Assembly: GCA_963761305.1 (NCBI GenBank)
Contig: CAVXGK010000002.1
Span: forward strand, 2,336,001-2,400,000
Direction: 5' to 3'
DNA from: an uncultured Gemmatimonadaceae bacterium
Lineage (GTDB): Bacteria; Gemmatimonadota; Gemmatimonadetes; Gemmatimonadales; Gemmatimonadaceae
DNA: 64,000 nucleotides
Shown piece by piece: positions 9,975-19,773 of this stretch (position 1 is its first letter; each line of letters starts with the position of its first letter). The translations under genes and the position numbers were made by a program. The notes under the pieces were generated by a model. That model had not been told where the DNA came from, made no database searches, and saw only the letters and a program-made list of their open reading frames with translations.

Positions 9975-10196
9975 TTACGGTCGACCCGACCACCGTTCTC
10001 TGAGATTTCTCGCCGTGTCCGGACTGACGATACGGATCACGAAGTAGATCGCTAAGAGAACCAAACCCACCTTGAGCGCTATGAACAACAGCGCTACGAA
10101 CAGGCCTACGGCGAGGCCGAAAATCCCGAGGATGAATCTGAGGGCGATCAGGCCCAGTACGGCGAACAGCCCGATCGAAAAGATTGTGCGGAGCAT
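9975..10196 (-). CDS. Small membrane protein (73 aa)
   Basis: MLRTIFSIGLFAVLGLIALRFILG...: two hydrophobic helices; GGAG upstream of the ATG. Confidence 0.75.
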   Translation of the reverse strand: MLRTIFSIGLFAVLGLIALRFILGIFGLAVGLFVALLFIALKVGLVLLAIYFVIRIVSPDTARNLRERWSGRP

Positions 10197-10314
10197 TGCG
10201 GAATCTCCAGAAGAACGAAGAACCAACAGGTCCTGCTCTCTACCGTACGATCTTCCTCGCCTAACTGTTTCAGACCGAGTTTTTCTACCCGTCCACCCGT
10301 CCACCCGTCCACCC

Positions 10315-11391
10315 GTGTTTGACGTCGCCATCGTCGGAAACGGCGTCATCGGCCTCTCCACCGCGCTCGAGCTCGCGCACGGCGGAGCCTCCTGCGCGCT
10401 GATCGGCCGTTCAGAACAGGGCGCGGGATCGGGCGCGGCCGCAGGTATTCTGGCACCATCGGCCGGCCAGCGCGATGCCGGGACGCGTGCTTTTTTCCGC
10501 CACAGCCTCGACCTCTTCCCCGCGTTCCTCGCGCCTCTGCGCGAGATCGACCCGGGCCTCGCAATTCTGGAGGGCTTGCTCGAGGTCGTCTCGTCTCGCT
10601 GGCAGCACCCAGATCTGGGCGACGGGTCGCGCCTCCTGAGTGAGGCCGATGTCCGTCGCAGCGAACCCGCGTTGAACGCACCGTTCGGCGCGATGCTACA
10701 TCCCCGCGACGGCGCCGTCGACAGCACGCGCCTCATGACGGCTCTGCGACAGGCGGCGGTGCGACACCCGCGGATCACGCTCGTCGCGGGCATCGGCGCA
10801 GCCGGCATCGACGTCGAGCGTTCCCCCGCGCGCGTTCTCCTGCGCGACGGCGCCCCGATTTCCGCCAACGCCGTCGTGCTCGCCGCCGGCGCATGGTCGC
10901 CCCAGATCGGCGGGTTGCCGCGGGCCGTGCCCGTCTTTCCGGTCAAAGGCCAGATGATCGCCCTCGACGCTCGCGATGTCATTTACCATCCGGTGATGAG
11001 CGATCACGTCTATCTCGTGCCGCGCGGAAGTGAGCTCGTCGTCGGCGCGACGAGCGAAGACGCGGGATTCGACACCAGCACCACCGACGAGGCCGCGCAC
11101 TCGCTGTACGCCGCGGCGATCGCGATCTGCCCTTCACTCGCAGACGCTCGCATCGCGCGCCGCTGGTCCGGCCTCCGCCCGGCGACGGCGGATCTACTCC
11201 CCATCCTCGGCCGCGACCCCGAGTACCCGTCGCTGATTTACGCGTGCGGACACTCCAGAAACGGAATCCTTCTCGCCCCCGCGACAGCCGAAGCGGTGCG
11301 CTCGATCTGCGAGGAGTCGGGGACGCTGCATCCGACGGTGGCCGGCCTCTCCATCACACGCTTCGTCGGCGCTAAACAGAGCGCCGGGTAG
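10315..11391 (+). CDS. FAD-dependent glycine/D-amino-acid oxidase (ThiO/DadA family)
   Basis: VAIVGNGVIG Rossmann motif, AAAGIL, PVKGQM, WSGLRP, GHSRNGILLAP; GTG abuts (GTCCACCC)x3 at 10291-10314. Confidence 0.88.
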   Translation: MFDVAIVGNGVIGLSTALELAHGGASCALIGRSEQGAGSGAAAGILAPSAGQRDAGTRAFFRHSLDLFPAFLAPLREIDPGLAILEGLLEVVSSRWQHPDLGDGSRLLSEADVRRSEPALNAPFGAMLHPRDGAVDSTRLMTALRQAAVRHPRITLVAGIGAAGIDVERSPARVLLRDGAPISANAVVLAAGAWSPQIGGLPRAVPVFPVKGQMIALDARDVIYHPVMSDHVYLVPRGSELVVGATSEDAGFDTSTTDEAAHSLYAAAIAICPSLADARIARRWSGLRPATADLLPILGRDPEYPSLIYACGHSRNGILLAPATAEAVRSICEESGTLHPTVAGLSITRFVGAKQSAG

Positions 11392-11847
11392 GCAAAGAGA
11401 CTCGGATCGCTCACGCTTTAGCGGCGAGCACCACCCGGTGCGTCAGCCGCCACTCCCCGATCCATCGCTCTGCACGCCGTCACGATCGCCCTGCTCGTCA
11501 TTTCCTTCGTCGCCGACGCCGGTCCGGTCGCGACATCGGTCACTCCAACGCGAAGTGACCGCCACCCACCGACAACACCGTCGCGCGCCAGGAACTCGGC
11601 GCCCCGTCGGTCGGCCGCGCCTCGTTCCAAGACCGTCGGCCCGGGGTCTGACGACGACGATCCACCGCGCCGAACTCTCGATCATCGAGGTCGCGTGCGC
11701 TCGGCGCCCACGTCCGTTCCAAATCGCGAGTGTTCGTCCGACGTCGCCACGCGTCGAGAGCGCTCCGCAGCGCGCACGCATCGCCGCGGATCGCGTTCCG
11801 GTCGCAACGCACTGACGCCACACGACACCGCGCCTCAGCACGATCGC

Positions 11848-12014
11848 CACGGATCGAAGAACGCCCGCACGGGATCGACGTTCGCCGGCACCGGATCGAA
11901 GTCCGCCGGCACCGGATCGAAGTCCGCCGGCACCGGATCGAAGTCCGCCAGCACCGGATCGAAGTCTGACAGCAACGGATCAAAGTCCGACAGCACCGGA
12001 TGGAAGTCCGACTC
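11848..12014. repeat. 21-bp tandem repeat, about 8 units, consensus CACCGGATCGAAGTCCGCCRG
   Basis: Units at 11868, 11889, 11910, 11931, 11952, 11973 and 11994, plus a degenerate unit at 11848. Confidence 0.9.
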
Positions 12015-12791
12015 CGACCGACCGCAATACGCGCGCGAACCCCACGCGTCCCGTCCTCTTCTCGCGCACCGACTCCACGACGCGCTTCGCCACTGACGCT
12101 CGAGCCACTCGCACACCGACCCGCGCCTTTGCTCGGCGAACGACGCCCCGCGCGTCCATCACCGCGTCTCCCGCTCCGCGGACAGGCGCTCGAGCAAACC
12201 TTCGCATTCCCCGGTGCTCGGCCCCATCAGCCAAGGGCAACGCGTCCTCGACCGGAACGGCGATCCATGGGGCGCCCTCAACCGGTCGCCATACCGCGCC
12301 ATTCTCGACAACGTCGCGTCGATGTTCAGCTGCGGCGCCATCAGCCAGACCACGTCCAAGCGCGTCGCGCCCTCGCGCCGGCCGAGAATCGCGTCCTCCG
12401 CAAAGTGCTCGAGCTCGACCACGTGCGACCGACCGCGCGGTCCTCGCAGCGCAGCTCCGTCAGGGCCCGGATTTCTTCGCGCGCACAGGGGCACCAAGAC
12501 GAGCAACCCGCGCGCACTCGTCGCGCGGGGCGGCGGAACGGGCGGCGACGCGTGATCGCACGTCTCGACGTTCGTCGCCGCCGACCTGTCGCCGGATTCT
12601 CTCACCATGCGTCGCGACTCAGCCGCCTTACCGGCCGCCGCCGTCGCCCCCCGCGGCGGCACGAAGCCCATTGCCCATCCCGTCCACCGTCCACCGTCGT
12701 CCACATAACTTTCAATACCATCTTGACCAGTTACCTCATTCTTCCAGACCCTAACCTGAACCCATAGATTATTCCCGCCCAACTGTTTCCG

Positions 12792-12878
12792 GGCTCCAGC
12801 TCAAGGCTCCAGCTCAAGGCTCCAGCTCAAGGCTCCAGCTCAAGGCTCCAGCTCAAGGCTCCAGCTCAAGGCTCCAGA
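12792..12878. repeat. 13-bp tandem repeat (GGCTCCAGCTCAA)x6 plus a partial unit, upstream of lipA
   Basis: Six perfect units at 12792-12869. Confidence 0.95.
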
Positions 12879-12937
12879 CCTAGCTCGACCTCCGCTACCG
12901 TCCACCCGTCCACCCGCCAACCAGGCCACCCGCTCTC

Positions 12938-13846
12938 TTGTCCGAACCACTGTACCAGATCATTGGCCGCCACCGCGCCGAACCGCTCCCCGAGCGTAAG
13001 CCCGGTTGGCTGAAGGTTCGCGCCCCGGGCGGTCCGCAGTATCTCCGCCTCAAGCACCTGATGCGCGAGCTGAACCTGCACACGGTCTGCGAAGAGGCGC
13101 ATTGCCCGAACGTCGGCGAGTGCTGGGAGCACGGCACCGCGACGTTCATGATCCTCGGCGACGTCTGCACGCGGAACTGCGCCTATTGCGCCGTCGCCCA
13201 CGGCCGGCCGCCCAAGTACGACATCGACGAGCCCGCGCGCGTCGCCGACGCTATCGGCGAGATGCAGCTGCGACACGCCGTCATCACCTCGGTCGATCGC
13301 GACGACCTTCCCGATTTCGGCGCGTACATCTTCGCCGAGACGATTCGGCAGATCAAACGGCGGCTCCCCGACTGCTCGGTCGAAGTGCTCGTGCCTGATT
13401 TTCAAGGCAACGAGGACTCGATTCGCACCGTGCTCGAGGCGGGTCCCGACATCTACAATCACAACACCGAGACGGTGCCGCGTCTCTACAAGAAGTGCCG
13501 GCCCGGCGGACGCTACGAACGCGTGATGCAGATCTTTCGCACCTCCAAGCGTCTCGCGCCCGACATCCCGACCAAGACCGGAATCATCCTCGGCATGGGT
13601 GAGGCGCTCGAGGAAGTCGAAGTCGTGATGCGCGACCTGCGCGCCGTCGACGTCGACATTCTGACACTAGGCCAGTATCTCCGCCCATCAGCCTCGCACA
13701 TTCCGATCGACCGCTACGTGACGCCGGACGAGTTCCGCCACCTACGGGAGATCGGCATGGGCATGGGATTCAAGCACGTCGAGTCCGGCCCGCTCGTTCG
13801 ATCCAGCTATCACGCCTGGGAGCAGGTACAGGCGGCAGGAGTGTGA
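12938..13846 (+). CDS. lipA: Lipoyl synthase
   Basis: CEEAHCPNVGEC and CTRNCAYC cluster motifs, C-terminal RSSY. Confidence 0.97.
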   Translation: MSEPLYQIIGRHRAEPLPERKPGWLKVRAPGGPQYLRLKHLMRELNLHTVCEEAHCPNVGECWEHGTATFMILGDVCTRNCAYCAVAHGRPPKYDIDEPARVADAIGEMQLRHAVITSVDRDDLPDFGAYIFAETIRQIKRRLPDCSVEVLVPDFQGNEDSIRTVLEAGPDIYNHNTETVPRLYKKCRPGGRYERVMQIFRTSKRLAPDIPTKTGIILGMGEALEEVEVVMRDLRAVDVDILTLGQYLRPSASHIPIDRYVTPDEFRHLREIGMGMGFKHVESGPLVRSSYHAWEQVQAAGV

Positions 13847-13894
13847 GGTCCCGTCATGCCCGGCAGCGACGTTTCCGACTTTGAGTCTTCCACA

Positions 13895-14962
13895 ATGCCC
13901 AAGAAGAAGTCTCCCCCCGAACCTTCCACGAACGGCAACGCACCGGCCTCGAGCGCCGAGCTGAACCACGAGCTTCTGCACTCGATGCTGCTTCAACGCC
14001 GCTTCGAGGAGCGCTGCGCCGAGGCGTACGCACTCGGCAAGATCGGTGGGTTCTGTCACCTGTACATCGGGCAAGAGGCGGTGAGCACCGGCGTGCTCTC
14101 GTCGCTGCGACCCGACGACTACGTGATCACGACGTACCGCGACCACGGCCAGGCGCTCGCGCGCGGGATGGCTCCGCGCACCGTGATGTCGGAGTTGTTC
14201 GGCCGCATCGACGGATGCGCGCGCGGGAAGGGCGGCTCGATGCACATGTTCGACAAGAGCCTCAACTTCCTTGGCGGGCACGGCATCGTCGGCGCGAACG
14301 TGCCGTTGGCGACCGGCGTCGCGTTCGCGATCAAGTATCGCGGCGGCGACCAGGTGTGCGCCTGCTTCATCGGCGAGTCGGTGGTGAACACCGGCGCGTT
14401 TCACGAGGCGCTCAACATGGCGGGGCTGTGGAAGCTGCCCGTCGTATACATCATCGAGAACAACCGCTACGGCATGGGCACGGCGTTGGAGCGCGCGTCG
14501 GCAATTCATGACATCTATGAACGTGGTGCCTCGTACAACATGTCCAGAGCAGTGTGCGACGGGCAGGACGTGTTCGAGGTGCGGGCCGCCGTGCAGAAGG
14601 CGATCGATCGCGCGCGCACGGAGTCCACGCCGACGCTGCTCGAGGTGCGCACCTATCGGTTCATGGGCCACTCGATGTCCGACGCCGTGAGCGGTACGTA
14701 CCGCACCAAGGCCGAGCTCGAGGAGCACATGAAGCGCGATCCGATCGTGCTGCTCCGCTCGTACATGATGGACAACGGCGAGCTGACCGACGAGGACCTT
14801 CACAAGTTGGACGACGAGCTCAAGGCTGTCGTGCAGGACGCGTGGGATTTCGCCGACAAGAGTCCCGAGCCGCCGCTCGAGGCGCTCTACGAAGACGTCT
14901 ACGTCGACACGACGAGCGACACGACCAGCGACTCCAACGCCAACGCCGACGCCGTCGCCTGA
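13895..14962 (+). CDS. pdhA: Pyruvate dehydrogenase E1 alpha
   Basis: GFCHLYIGQEA, GKGGSMH, YRFMGHSMSD; alternative ATG at 13856. Confidence 0.95.
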   Translation: MPKKKSPPEPSTNGNAPASSAELNHELLHSMLLQRRFEERCAEAYALGKIGGFCHLYIGQEAVSTGVLSSLRPDDYVITTYRDHGQALARGMAPRTVMSELFGRIDGCARGKGGSMHMFDKSLNFLGGHGIVGANVPLATGVAFAIKYRGGDQVCACFIGESVVNTGAFHEALNMAGLWKLPVVYIIENNRYGMGTALERASAIHDIYERGASYNMSRAVCDGQDVFEVRAAVQKAIDRARTESTPTLLEVRTYRFMGHSMSDAVSGTYRTKAELEEHMKRDPIVLLRSYMMDNGELTDEDLHKLDDELKAVVQDAWDFADKSPEPPLEALYEDVYVDTTSDTTSDSNANADAVA

Positions 14963-14972
14963 GTCTCACACA

Positions 14973-15953
14973 ATGCCAGTCATCACATACAGAGACGCAC
15001 TGAACGCGGCGCTTCGTGAAGAGATGCAGCGCGACGACCGGGTCTTCCTCATGGGAGAGGAAGTCGCCGTCTACCAGGGCGCGTACAAGGTCTCGAAGGG
15101 ATTGCTCCAGGAATTCGGTGAGATGCGCGTCGTCGACACGCCGATCACCGAGCTCGGATTCGCCGGCGTGGGCGTCGGCGCGGCGATGGTCGGCCTGCGT
15201 CCGATCATCGAGTTCATGACGTGGAACTTCGCCGTGCTCGCGCTCGACCAGGTGCTCAATTCCGCGGCGAAGATGCTCTATATGTCGGGCGGCCAGTTCA
15301 ACATCCCGATCGTCTTCCGCGGTCCCAACGGCGCCGCGCTGCAACTGTCGGCGCAGCACTCGCAGGCGTTCGAGTCCTGGCTCTCGCACATCCCGGGCAT
15401 CAAGGTCATCTCGCCCAGCACGCCCTACGATGCCAAGGGGTTGCTCAAGTCGGCGATTCGGGACGACAACCCGGTGTGCTTTCTCGAAGGCGAGATGCTC
15501 TACAACATCAAGGGCGAAGTGCCCGACGAGGAGTATCTGATTCCGATCGGCAAAGCGGATCTCAAGCGCGAAGGCGACCACGCGACGATCGTCGCGGCCG
15601 GCAAGATGGCGCTCGTCGCGATGCAGGCCGCCGACCAGTTGGCGAAGGACGGCATCAACGTGGACGTCCTCGATCTGCGCACCGTGCGTCCGATGGACGT
15701 CGAGGCGATCAAGGCGTCGGTGCAAAAAACCAATCGCGCCGTCGTGCTCGAGGAAGGGTGGGAGATCGCCGGCATCGGCGCGCAGGTCGTGGACTACATC
15801 CAGCGCGACTGTTTCGATTCGCTCGATGCGCCGGTGCTCCGCGTGCACCAGGCCGACGTGCCGATGCCCTACGCCAAGAATCTCGAACGCGCCGCCAAAC
15901 CCGACGCCGCCAAGACGGTCGCGGCGGTTCGCAAAGTCATGTACCTGGAGTAG
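14973..15953 (+). CDS. pdhB: Pyruvate dehydrogenase E1 beta
   Basis: GEEVAVYQGAYKVSKGL, DTPITELGF, IVFRGPNG, AQHSQ. Confidence 0.96.
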   Translation: MPVITYRDALNAALREEMQRDDRVFLMGEEVAVYQGAYKVSKGLLQEFGEMRVVDTPITELGFAGVGVGAAMVGLRPIIEFMTWNFAVLALDQVLNSAAKMLYMSGGQFNIPIVFRGPNGAALQLSAQHSQAFESWLSHIPGIKVISPSTPYDAKGLLKSAIRDDNPVCFLEGEMLYNIKGEVPDEEYLIPIGKADLKREGDHATIVAAGKMALVAMQAADQLAKDGINVDVLDLRTVRPMDVEAIKASVQKTNRAVVLEEGWEIAGIGAQVVDYIQRDCFDSLDAPVLRVHQADVPMPYAKNLERAAKPDAAKTVAAVRKVMYLE

Positions 15954-16003
15954 GCACATGCATCCCGTCCACCCGTCCACCCGTCCACCGGTCCACCCGT
16001 AAG

Positions 16004-17341
16004 ATGGCCACCAAAGTCTTCATGGAGGCGCTCTCGCCCACGATGGAAGAAGGGCGCCTCGTCAAATGGATGAAGAACGAAGGCGACGCCGTGAAGAGCG
16101 GCGACGTGCTCGCCGAAGTGGAGACGGATAAGGCGGTCATGGAACTGGTCGCGCGCGGCGACGGCGTGCTCCGTAAGCGTCTCGTGAACGAGGGCGACGC
16201 CAGGCCGGTCGGGCAGATGGTGGCGGTTATCGCGGCTCCCGACGAAAACATCGACGCGGTGGTCGCGGAGGCCGGTTCCCAACCGGCGCCCGCCACGGCG
16301 GCTGCGCCGGCCGCCACGGCCCCACAGCAAGCGCCAGCTCCTGCAGCTCCTGCCCCGCCCCCCGCCCCCGCTCCGCCTCCGGCTGCCCCTCCGCCGCCAC
16401 TGCCCCCCGTTAGTTCCGGTCCACCGGTCAACCGCTCCACCGGTCAACCGCCGCAGCCTACCAATGGTGGGCAAGTCAGGTCCTCGCCCCTCGCTCGACG
16501 TCTCGCGTCTGACCGCGGCCTCGACATCTCCGCCGTCCAGGGCTCGGGCCCCGGCGGCCGCATCATCAAGCGCGACATCGAAGCCGCCGCCGCAGCGCCG
16601 TCAGCCGGCCGTCCACCCGTCCACCCGTCCACCCGTCCACCCGAATCGGACTTCGAGGACATTGGGCTGACGCAGATCCGAAAGACGATCGCCAAGCGTC
16701 TCGCGGAATCGATCGGGCCGATCCCGACGTTCTATCTCACCGCCGACATCGACCTCACGCGCGTCACCGAGCTGCGCGCCGCGATGCTCGAGATGGGCGA
16801 CGAGTTCAAGGTCTCGGTCAACGACGTCCTCATGAAGGCCGTCGCCACCGCCCTCGCGCAGCATCCGGAAGTGAACGCGCACTGGCTCGGCGACCGCATC
16901 CGGTATCATCACCGCGTCCACCTCGGCATGGCCGTCGCCACGAACGACGGGCTGATCGTGCCGGTGATCTTCGACGCCGACCGCAAGCGCATGAGCGAGA
17001 TCTCCGCCGAAGCACGCGAGCTCGCCAAGCGCGCGCGCGAACGGAAGCTCAAGCCCGAGGAGTACACGGGCTCCACCTTCTCGATCTCGAACCTCGGCAT
17101 GTTCGGCATCGACCAGTTCACGGCGATCATCAATCCGCCGGAGGTCGGCATTCTCGCGATCGGCACCGCGCACGACGTTGTCGTCCCGACGACGGGTGGA
17201 CGGGACAGCGCGTTCGCCGTTCAGAAACGCCTGCGTCTTACGATGAGCTGCGACCACCGCGCCGTCGACGGCGCCGTCGGCGCCACGTTCCTGCAGACGC
17301 TGAGGCGGCTGATCGAGAACCCGTTGATGCTGGTGTTCTGA
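16004..17341 (+). CDS. pdhC: Dihydrolipoamide acetyltransferase E2
   Basis: Lipoyl domain (MEALSPTMEEG, VETDKA), E3-binding domain (SSPLARRLA, GSGPGGRI), catalytic DHRAVDG. Confidence 0.96.
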   Translation: MATKVFMEALSPTMEEGRLVKWMKNEGDAVKSGDVLAEVETDKAVMELVARGDGVLRKRLVNEGDARPVGQMVAVIAAPDENIDAVVAEAGSQPAPATAAAPAATAPQQAPAPAAPAPPPAPAPPPAAPPPPLPPVSSGPPVNRSTGQPPQPTNGGQVRSSPLARRLASDRGLDISAVQGSGPGGRIIKRDIEAAAAAPSAGRPPVHPSTRPPESDFEDIGLTQIRKTIAKRLAESIGPIPTFYLTADIDLTRVTELRAAMLEMGDEFKVSVNDVLMKAVATALAQHPEVNAHWLGDRIRYHHRVHLGMAVATNDGLIVPVIFDADRKRMSEISAEARELAKRARERKLKPEEYTGSTFSISNLGMFGIDQFTAIINPPEVGILAIGTAHDVVVPTTGGRDSAFAVQKRLRLTMSCDHRAVDGAVGATFLQTLRRLIENPLMLVF

Positions 17342-17371
17342 ACGCTGACGAGAAGTCTGACGTCTGATGTC

Positions 17372-17393
17372 AGAAATCTGACGTCAGATTTCT
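17372..17393. repeat. Perfect 22-bp palindrome AGAAATCTGACGTCAGATTTCT between convergent genes
   Basis: Self-reverse-complementary; embedded in TCTGAYG heptamer repeats. Confidence 0.85.
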
Positions 17394-17415
17394 CCGCTGA
17401 TCCTACCCTTCACGC

Positions 17416-18225
17416 TCATTCGGGGGGCTTCCTCGGATCCCTCGTCCACACGACGATCGCCCCGCACACGCCCTTGCCGTTCTTGTCCAGCTCCGCCGGC
17501 ACTTCCGACGTGCCCACGTAGACCTCGACCGCCTCGATGTCCTCGGCGGAGAAGTCGTCGAGCGTGCCGCTGTAGGCCATGTTGTGCACGAACATCTGGG
17601 GCACGCACGGGCGCGCTCCGTCGCCGCGCGTCATCAAAACCTGATTGCCGATCCCGCCGCGGCGCGGTACGAGTCGAACCCCGGGGACCTGACGAACGAT
17701 ATCCGTGCCCGAGCGGGCGCCCCGTCGCTCGATCTCGGCGCGGCTGATGAACGTCCCGCGATTCACTCCTTGGCGGCGCGCAAAGTCGTCGAGCCAGTGC
17801 GTCTTGTTCATCGTGTCCGACACGGCCACCGTCGGCAACGATTGCGCGGTCGGTGTGAGCGCGAACTTCGCGCGCTGCACCTTGCCCGGCTTGAGCACGG
17901 CGGTGAAGCTCGCCGACTCGAAGCCGATGCGACGCACGTTGAAGACCGACGTGCCCGGCGGGAGTCCCGCGATGCGGAACTCACCGCTGTCGCCGGTGAT
18001 CGCGTGCACCTTGTCGGATTTGTTGAGCGTGATCTCGGCGCCGGCTACGCCGGTGCCGGTGCTGTCGATGACGTGCCCGATCAACGTCGCCGGAACGGAA
18101 TCACGCCTCGTCGAATCGGCGAGCGGCGTCTGCGCAAGCACCGGCGCGCCCGCCATGATGACGGTCGCGACGAGAGCGTTGACGATGCTCCATCCGCTGC
18201 CCAAACCCAGCTTTGGGATCGCCAT
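17416..18225 (-). CDS. Secreted protein with carboxypeptidase-regulatory-like domain and TonB-plug-like C-terminus
   Basis: Signal peptide, GHVIDSTG..GAEI, RRIGF, DIEAVEVY, CGAIVVWT. Confidence 0.75.
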   Translation of the reverse strand: MAIPKLGLGSGWSIVNALVATVIMAGAPVLAQTPLADSTRRDSVPATLIGHVIDSTGTGVAGAEITLNKSDKVHAITGDSGEFRIAGLPPGTSVFNVRRIGFESASFTAVLKPGKVQRAKFALTPTAQSLPTVAVSDTMNKTHWLDDFARRQGVNRGTFISRAEIERRGARSGTDIVRQVPGVRLVPRRGGIGNQVLMTRGDGARPCVPQMFVHNMAYSGTLDDFSAEDIEAVEVYVGTSEVPAELDKNGKGVCGAIVVWTRDPRKPPE

Positions 18226-18369
18226 GGTCGTACACCTTACGCCTCGGTGAGACTGCAGGCAAGCATCACGTATCGTACCGCTGCCCCCGCGCGGCGCTGG
18301 TAGCGCCACCTTTTAGAACCCCGGTATCTTTGGTCGGCGTCACGGTTCTACCTGTCTACCTCCCCAACA

Positions 18370-19773
18370 ATGTCCACTTTTGACGTCATTTTCATCGGCG
18401 GCGGCCCGGCCGGATACACCGGCGCCATCCGATGCGCCCAACTGGGACTCTCCACCGCCGTCGTCGAGCGGGAGGCGCTTGGCGGCACCTGCGTGATCTG
18501 GGGGTGCATTCCGGCCAAAGCGCTTCTCGAGTCGGCCTCCCTCGCCAACCACGTGAAAAAGGGCGCCGAGTTCGGTGTCTCTCCCGGCGAGATCAAGCTG
18601 GACTTCGGCGTCGCCATGAAGCGGTCGCGCGCCGTGAGCCTCCAGAACTCCAAGGGCGTCGAGTTCCTCTTCAAGAAGAACAAAATCACGTGGATCAAAG
18701 GGACGGGCACATTGACGGGCAAGAACGTCGTCGCGGTCAAGACGGCCGACGGCAAGGATGAAAAGCACGACGCAAAAAAAGCCGTCATCCTCTCGACCGG
18801 TTCCCGCGTGCGCGGACTGGCCCAAATCGGGCTCGAGGTCAACAAGACGACCGTCATCTCGTCCGACGAAGCGCTCATTCTCGAGAAGGCGCCCAAGTCC
18901 ATTCTGATCGTCGGGGCCGGCGCCGTGGGCTGCGAGTTCGCCGACGTGTTCAACGCCTTCGGATCTGAAGTGACCCTATTGGACGTCATGCCGGCCATCC
19001 TCCCGCTCGAGGACGCCGATTCGTCCAAGGAAGTCGAGCGCGCCTTCAAGAAGCGCGGCATCGCCGTGCTCACCGGTGCCAAGATCTCGAATGTGAAGGC
19101 CAATAAGACGTCCGTCTCGATGACAGTTGAGTCGGGCGGCGAGAAGAAAGAGATCACGACCGACGTCGTGCTCGTCGCCGCCGGCCGCGCGCCGGTCGTC
19201 GATGGACTCGGGCTCAAGGAGGCCGGCGTCCAGCTCACCGACCGCGGCTTCATCAAGATCAACGACAAGATGGAGACGACGGCCAAGGGCATCTACGCCG
19301 TCGGCGACGTCGCCGGTCCGCCGATGCTCGCCCACAAGGGCGAGCGCGAGGGCATCGTGCTGGCTGAGCTGCTCGCCGGCAAGGGCACGCACGGCATGGA
19401 CTACGGCAACATCCCCAACGCGACCTATTGCCACCCCGAAGTCGCGTCGGTCGGGCTCACCGAGCAGCAGTGCAAGGACAAGAAGCTCGATTACAAAGTG
19501 GGCAAGTTCCCCTTCATGGCCAGCGGCCGCGCGCGCACATCGGGCGACACGGAAGGCTTCGTGAAGGTCATTCGCGACGCCAAGTACGGCGAGATCCTCG
19601 GCGCGCACATCGTCGGCGCGCACGCCACCGAATTGATCCACGAGCTCGTCGTCGCCCGCGCGAACGAGTTCACCGTCGAAGAAGTGGACCTCGCGATCCA
19701 CGCGCATCCCACGCTGTCAGAGGCGGTCGCCGAGGCGTGTTTGGATTCGCTGGGGAAGATGATTCAGGCGTGA
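18370..19773 (+). CDS. lpdA: Dihydrolipoamide dehydrogenase E3
   Basis: GGGPAGY, GGTCVIWGCIPAK redox disulfide, HAHPTLSE. Confidence 0.97.
   Translation: MSTFDVIFIGGGPAGYTGAIRCAQLGLSTAVVEREALGGTCVIWGCIPAKALLESASLANHVKKGAEFGVSPGEIKLDFGVAMKRSRAVSLQNSKGVEFLFKKNKITWIKGTGTLTGKNVVAVKTADGKDEKHDAKKAVILSTGSRVRGLAQIGLEVNKTTVISSDEALILEKAPKSILIVGAGAVGCEFADVFNAFGSEVTLLDVMPAILPLEDADSSKEVERAFKKRGIAVLTGAKISNVKANKTSVSMTVESGGEKKEITTDVVLVAAGRAPVVDGLGLKEAGVQLTDRGFIKINDKMETTAKGIYAVGDVAGPPMLAHKGEREGIVLAELLAGKGTHGMDYGNIPNATYCHPEVASVGLTEQQCKDKKLDYKVGKFPFMASGRARTSGDTEGFVKVIRDAKYGEILGAHIVGAHATELIHELVVARANEFTVEEVDLAIHAHPTLSEAVAEACLDSLGKMIQA

Noticed and set aside
12159..12782. 207-aa minus-strand ORF as a real gene
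   Set aside because: No recognisable domain, uncertain start and atypical composition; left unannotated.
9719..12878. Tandem arrays (8, 13 and 21 bp) as CRISPR arrays
   Set aside because: Units are contiguous with no unique spacers, and there are no cas genes in the window.
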